A stretch of DNA of 11,134 nt from Promethearchaeota archaeon (GTDB taxonomy: Archaea > Asgardarchaeota > Lokiarchaeia > Sigyniarchaeales > SOKP01): positions 1 to 11,134 of the forward strand of contig JBHLNT010000136.1 in NCBI GenBank assembly GCA_048941265.1. The letters run 5' to 3'. This document shows, in pieces, positions 7,022-11,134 of this stretch. Every line of letters starts with the position of its first letter. Position 1 is the first letter of the stretch. A program made the translations under genes and the position numbers. The notes under the pieces were generated by a model. That model saw only the letters and a program-made list of their open reading frames with translations. It did no database searches and was not told the origin of the DNA.

Positions 7022-7173
7022 TTTTGATTTGAAGACTTCTAATAAATATAAAGTAGATATTGAAATGGTTTAATATTTAATAAACAAAAAGTTATAATTC
7101 AATTATTATTATTTTGTAATAGATATTGAATTAATTCGAGTATCACTAATACTTATGCAATAGGTCTTAAGAT

Positions 7174-8484
7174 TTGTCAACATTAATGAAAATTGCGAAA
7201 GATGGCAAAACAACTAAAGAAATGGAGATTGTTGCCAAAAACGAGCAAGTAGATTTAGAATTTATTCGACGTGGAGTTGCTAAAGGAAGGATTATTATTC
7301 CAAAATCAAATGAGCGCGAATTAGATCCTCCAATAGGAATTGGTAAAGGTTTACTGGTAAAAATTAATGCAAATATTGGTTCTTCGAAAACGGTATGTAA
7401 TATAGAGGGAGAAGTGGAAAAAGCTAAAATAGCAGTGAAATATGGTGCTGATACCGTTATGGATTTAAGCACTGGAGTGACTGAGACTGATGTGAAAATT
7501 ATTAGAAAGAAAATTCTTGATCAAGTCAAGGTCCCTTTAGGAACTGTTCCAATATATCAAATAGCTTTAAGAGCAATCGAAAAAAAGGGTGCTATCATTC
7601 ATATGGATGAAGATGATATGTTCAAGGTTATAGAAGAACAAGCAAAAGAAGGTGTCGATTTTTTTACGATACATGTCGGAGTTACTAAGGATATAGTTAA
7701 TTATTTGGTCGATCACCCCAGAACAATGGGAATTGTTTCGAGAGGTGGTACTTTTCATGCCTCTTGGATTTTAGAGCATAATCAAGAGAATCCTTTTAAT
7801 AAAAATTATGATTATTTACTTGATATGGCTAAAGAATATGATTTTACGCTCTCACTCGGCGATGGAATGCGTCCTGGGGGAATTTTTGACTCAACAGATT
7901 ATGCTCAAGTTCAAGAATTATTAGAAATCTCAAAACTAGTGAAAAGAGCTTGGCAAAAAGACATACAAGTTATGGTCGAAGGCCCAGGTCATATTCCAGC
8001 AAATGAAGTAGAAAGAAACATTAAAATGCAGAAGTCATTATGTGATGAGGCTCCTTTTTACGTATTAGGACCATTAGTTACGGATATTGCACCTGGCTAT
8101 GATGAAATCGTAAGTGCTATAGGGGGAACTCTTGCAGGTTTAGCAGGTGCGGATTATTTATGTTATGTTACGCCTAGTGAGCATTTAGGCTTACCAAACA
8201 TAGAGGAAGTAAAGCGAGGTGTGATTGCTTCAAGAATAGCAGCTCATGCAGTAAATATAGCTAAGTATGGGGAAAGAGCTTCAAATTGGGACTATAAAAT
8301 GGATATTGCTAGAAAGAATTTAAATTGGCAAGAGATGATTAACCTGTCTATTGATCCTGAATTAGCGAGAGAAGTTCACTTTAGAAACGGTGCAAAAGAA
8401 TTAGATGAAGTTTGTAGCATGTGTGGAGAATTTTGCGCCATTAAGATATTAAGGGAAGCTCTTGAGAGTAAAAAAAAAAAATAG
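7174..8484 (+). CDS. thiC: Phosphomethylpyrimidine synthase (HMP-P synthase, radical SAM), short archaeal/anaerobe type
   Basis: Motifs KINANIG, GADTVMDLST, GTVPIYQ, SRGG, SLGDGMRPG, EGPGH, PFYVLGP, CYVTPSEHL and the C-terminal Fe-S motif CSMCGEFC. TTG start with AGGT 8 nt upstream. Adjacent to thiDN. Confidence 0.93.
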   Translation: MSTLMKIAKDGKTTKEMEIVAKNEQVDLEFIRRGVAKGRIIIPKSNERELDPPIGIGKGLLVKINANIGSSKTVCNIEGEVEKAKIAVKYGADTVMDLSTGVTETDVKIIRKKILDQVKVPLGTVPIYQIALRAIEKKGAIIHMDEDDMFKVIEEQAKEGVDFFTIHVGVTKDIVNYLVDHPRTMGIVSRGGTFHASWILEHNQENPFNKNYDYLLDMAKEYDFTLSLGDGMRPGGIFDSTDYAQVQELLEISKLVKRAWQKDIQVMVEGPGHIPANEVERNIKMQKSLCDEAPFYVLGPLVTDIAPGYDEIVSAIGGTLAGLAGADYLCYVTPSEHLGLPNIEEVKRGVIASRIAAHAVNIAKYGERASNWDYKMDIARKNLNWQEMINLSIDPELAREVHFRNGAKELDEVCSMCGEFCAIKILREALESKKKK

Positions 8485-8488
8485 TTTT

Positions 8489-9883
8489 TCAAATCAAATC
8501 AATAATTTTTTGAAGCTTTTTGATCATATCTTTTGAATTCTTCCCAAATAATCTAATCATAGGCTCCTTACCTTTTGCTCCGGTATCCCATATAATAGCC
8601 GGAATTTCCTTTATTCCTATCTTACTTATGTATTCCCTTATTAACCATTGCATTGTAGAATGCTCTTTTTTCTTAATTTCATCCGGTTGTGTTTCTCTAA
8701 TGAATTCGTAAGTTGTTAAATCCGTTTTTTCTTGGATTTTCTGAATTAAAAGTGCAGAGTATTTTAAATTCATTACAAAATTTATTGAGTTATCAAACTC
8801 TTTAGCAGTAAGAATTAATCGGGCCGTATGGTCTGAAACCCCAAATTTGATATCACCAGAAGCTTTAGGATAACCATTTATAATCGTAATTCTACCTTCT
8901 ATACCAGCAATCTCACTTTTATCTTTGGCATTCGGAAGAGAACCCGAAATATTTAGCCTTACTTCAGGAATTATTTCGCTAAATTTTTTATTTTCTGAGA
9001 TATAATTGTAGATTTCTTTTATCTGGTTGATAACTTCGATTTTTTGTTTAGAAATTGTTAAATTCAGAACCTTTCCTTTATCTGGTAATTCTATAAAATC
9101 TTGAAATCTCTCGTTAAAGAATTTTTCCGCGAGGGATATAGATTCTTCGATATCTTTTCCCTTACTTAAATAAGCTGTTATAGCAGAGGAGAATACACAA
9201 CCTGTCCCATGGATATTTCCTTTTATATCAATTTTTCTTTTCTCAGATATTTTAAAGAGTTTGCTATATCCCTCATCTATTTTTTTGTTAATGAGAATTA
9301 AATCAAAGATTTTATCCCTGTCTTCTCCCCCGCTTTTTATGATAACCGCTTTTTCTTCATCATAATTTTTCCCATACATTTTATTTAAAATGATAGAAGC
9401 AGCTTCTTTTAATTTATCAATATTTTCCATCCTGATGCCCTTAAGATCTACATTAGAATAGAAACTTGCCTCTGAAATGTTAGGAGTTAGAATTTTGATC
9501 ATAGGAAACAAGTTTTTTTCTATTTCATGTTCTATATCTTCACTGGAAAGTCTTTCTCCTGCACTAGAAATAGAAATAGGATCTAAAACAGCAATTAAAT
9601 CATATTTTTGAATGAAATGAACAATTATTTCTAAACCTTTAACATCTGGTATCATACCAATCTTAATATATTTCACAGGATAATTTCGTAAAACGGAGTC
9701 TAATTGTTTATCCAATTCATCAGAAAGAGATTTATACCCATAAAAATCGGTGGCACTCTGATAAGTTATAGCCGTAATCACAGAAAAGGGATGAACTCCA
9801 CACCTATCAAATGTCCTTATATCCGCCTGGATACCAGCTCCAGAAGAAGGATCTGCACCTGCGATAGTAAGAGCAAAATCCAT
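8489..9883 (-). CDS. thiDN: Bifunctional HMP/HMP-P kinase (ThiD) fused to archaeal thiamine-phosphate synthase (ThiN)
   Basis: N-terminal ThiD motifs LTIAGADPSSGAGIQAD, IKIGM, LTPNxxEA, HGTGC. C-terminal ThiN motifs IPEVRLN, GRI, FGVSDHTAR, STMQW, DTGAKGKEPMIRLFG. Confidence 0.93.
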   Translation of the reverse strand: MDFALTIAGADPSSGAGIQADIRTFDRCGVHPFSVITAITYQSATDFYGYKSLSDELDKQLDSVLRNYPVKYIKIGMIPDVKGLEIIVHFIQKYDLIAVLDPISISSAGERLSSEDIEHEIEKNLFPMIKILTPNISEASFYSNVDLKGIRMENIDKLKEAASIILNKMYGKNYDEEKAVIIKSGGEDRDKIFDLILINKKIDEGYSKLFKISEKRKIDIKGNIHGTGCVFSSAITAYLSKGKDIEESISLAEKFFNERFQDFIELPDKGKVLNLTISKQKIEVINQIKEIYNYISENKKFSEIIPEVRLNISGSLPNAKDKSEIAGIEGRITIINGYPKASGDIKFGVSDHTARLILTAKEFDNSINFVMNLKYSALLIQKIQEKTDLTTYEFIRETQPDEIKKKEHSTMQWLIREYISKIGIKEIPAIIWDTGAKGKEPMIRLFGKNSKDMIKKLQKIIDLI

Positions 9884-9924
9884 ATGAATATAAAAGAATG
9901 ATATCTAAAAATGCTTTTTTATTA

Positions 9925-10482
9925 TTATTTTGGAACCCTTTCAAAAGCCCATTGGGCTTTATCTTCTAAACCCAATTCTTGATACGCCTTCCCTAAGTAT
10001 AAAAATGCTTCTGGATAATCATACCTTTCTTTTACTAATTTAAATAAATGCCCAATCGCCATATCATATCGCCCTTTTAGGTAAAAAATCTTTCCCTTTA
10101 TAAATTGCATTTCTTGTTTTTGAGATTTTGGCAAATTGTTAATATTAATTGTATCTAATTTATCTAATGCTTCGTCATATTTTTTTGAATTGACTAATTC
10201 TTCAAAAATACTAGTAATCTTTAGATAAACCATGTTTTCAGCAATTTCCTCTATCTTTTTTTCTCTCTCTTTGCTAATTTTATCCTTTTCTTTTTCTTTT
10301 AAATAGTCTTTACTTTGATCAATTATATCCTGAGAATATGGAGTATTACACAAAGGGCAATTTGGAGAATGGAGAAGCCATTCTTTAAGACATTCATCAT
10401 GTACAGGATGATCATTAGAACATTTACGCAAAATGTCTTTACCTTCGACAATCTCCATATGACAAATTATACAATTGAGCAT
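9925..10482 (-). CDS. RING-H2 zinc-finger plus TPR protein (putative ubiquitin E3 ligase)
   Basis: C-x2-C-x13-C-x3-H-x2-H-x2-C-x10-C-x2-C with the conserved Trp (CLKEWL) and CPLC; charged helical linker; C-terminal TPR-like repeats (FIKGKIFYLKGRYDMAI, AFLYLGKAYQELGLEDKA). Start placed at ATG 10482 (185 aa) rather than at 10521. Confidence 0.88.
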   Translation of the reverse strand: MLNCIICHMEIVEGKDILRKCSNDHPVHDECLKEWLLHSPNCPLCNTPYSQDIIDQSKDYLKEKEKDKISKEREKKIEEIAENMVYLKITSIFEELVNSKKYDEALDKLDTININNLPKSQKQEMQFIKGKIFYLKGRYDMAIGHLFKLVKERYDYPEAFLYLGKAYQELGLEDKAQWAFERVPK

Positions 10483-10661
10483 ATATGGGCTCTTAAGCGT
10501 TAATTTGAATAATAAACACAATCAATAAAAATTTAAATAAATAATAAGAATTTCTGTTTTTAAGAGTATTGCTTTGCCAAAATATTTATGCATAACTTTT
10601 TTTACTACTAATAAATGCATAATTTTATTTCTGCCCATTTAAAATATTCGAGGCAAGCTTT

Positions 10662-11134
10662 TTGTCAATAAGTAAACTCTTTGATGAATTATTCAAAAAT
10701 TTTATGAAAATTAATCCTGAGGCTTATGCGGTAATAATTAGTGATCAAGAGGGATTAATCATTGCTGGCGAGAAAAGTGAGGATATTGATATGGAAATAA
10801 TTTCTGTACTAACTATTAAGGTAAATCCAATTTTGGAAAGTATTCGTAATGAATTTGCTTTTAAAAAATTTGGTACAGCTTCATTTGATACTGATGAACA
10901 TCGATTATTATTTATTTCTATAGACGAAAGTATAACAGTATCACTAGTGTTAGATATCATGGCGTCTATAGATAAAATTTATCCTTATGCTTATTTTTTA
11001 GCGGAAAAATCCGCACAAATAATTTATGACGAAATGGGGGAAAATTTTGAATTAAATATCCCAAACTTTGAATATGAAGCTGAACATTCTGAAAGATTAA
11101 AGAATCAAATATATCAAATGCGATTAGGAACAGG
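10662..11134 (+). CDS. Roadblock/LC7 (MglB-like) domain protein, 3'-truncated by the window edge
   Basis: Not in the ORF track because there is no stop in the window. Open frame from TTG 10662 (GAGG at 10650-10653; in-frame ATG at 10704): MSISKLFDELFKNFMKINPEAYAVIISDQEGLIIAGEKSEDIDMEIISVLT...FGTASFDTDEHRLLFISIDESITVSLVLD...QIYQMRLGT. The helix followed by AVIISDxEGLII hairpin is typical of Roadblock domains. Confidence 0.8.
   Translation, partial: MSISKLFDELFKNFMKINPEAYAVIISDQEGLIIAGEKSEDIDMEIISVLTIKVNPILESIRNEFAFKKFGTASFDTDEHRLLFISIDESITVSLVLDIMASIDKIYPYAYFLAEKSAQIIYDEMGENFELNIPNFEYEAEHSERLKNQIYQMRLGT

Noticed and set aside
7016-7042. Selenocysteine read-through at the Cys-TGA end of the histidine phosphatase
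   Set aside because: Read-through would meet a second TGA two codons later and a TAA shortly after. There is no redox-motif context and no SECIS-like hairpin was seen.
7022-7173. TPP riboswitch upstream of thiC
   Set aside because: No conserved aptamer core and too little GC to form the expected helices.
8104-8106. Idea that the ThiC His-to-Glu change removes a metal ligand and inactivates the enzyme
   Set aside because: The two metal-binding histidines are 64 residues apart in ThiC, matching His273 (EGPGH) and His337 (EHL), and both are present.
10483-10521. 13-codon N-terminal extension of the RING-TPR protein
   Set aside because: It needs a non-ATG start in AT-rich intergenic-looking DNA. 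ATG 10482 directly precedes the RING domain and is the simpler choice.
1624-10960. Short ORF-track entries on the strand opposite real genes (1624-1806, 2905-3099, 3216-3494, 4347-4562, 5622-5849, 5901-6137, 7167-7472, 7567-7758, 8520-8711, 9704-9901, 10315-10503, 10745-10960)
   Set aside because: Each is an antisense shadow of a better-supported CDS, has Ser/Ile/Phe-rich antisense-type composition and shows no recognisable motif.

Overview
AT-rich archaeal DNA, most likely from an Asgard (Lokiarchaeia-like) genome. The support is GAGGTGA/AGGAGGT Shine-Dalgarno sites, TATA-box promoters, oligo-T terminators, an archaeal ThiD-ThiN fusion, a RING-H2 protein and a Roadblock-domain protein; the taxon itself is an inference. 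Left to right: dCMP deaminase (-), MFS transporter and Pat-like GNAT acetyltransferase (+), two tandem ~110-aa paralogues (+), an SDR (-), a third ~110-aa paralogue (+), an HSL-family esterase (-), a histidine phosphatase (+), thiC (+) convergent with thiDN (-), a RING-H2/TPR protein (-), and a divergent Roadblock/LC7-domain ORF that is missing from the ORF track and runs off the right edge. Two things stand out. First, three uncharacterised small paralogues each look like a self-contained expression cassette, and two of them share a non-coding leader (24/27 nt identical) although their proteins are only about one-third identical. Second, a RING-TPR putative E3 ligase gene sits head-to-head with a Roadblock-domain gene. 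No rRNA, tRNA, CRISPR array or mobile element was recognised.
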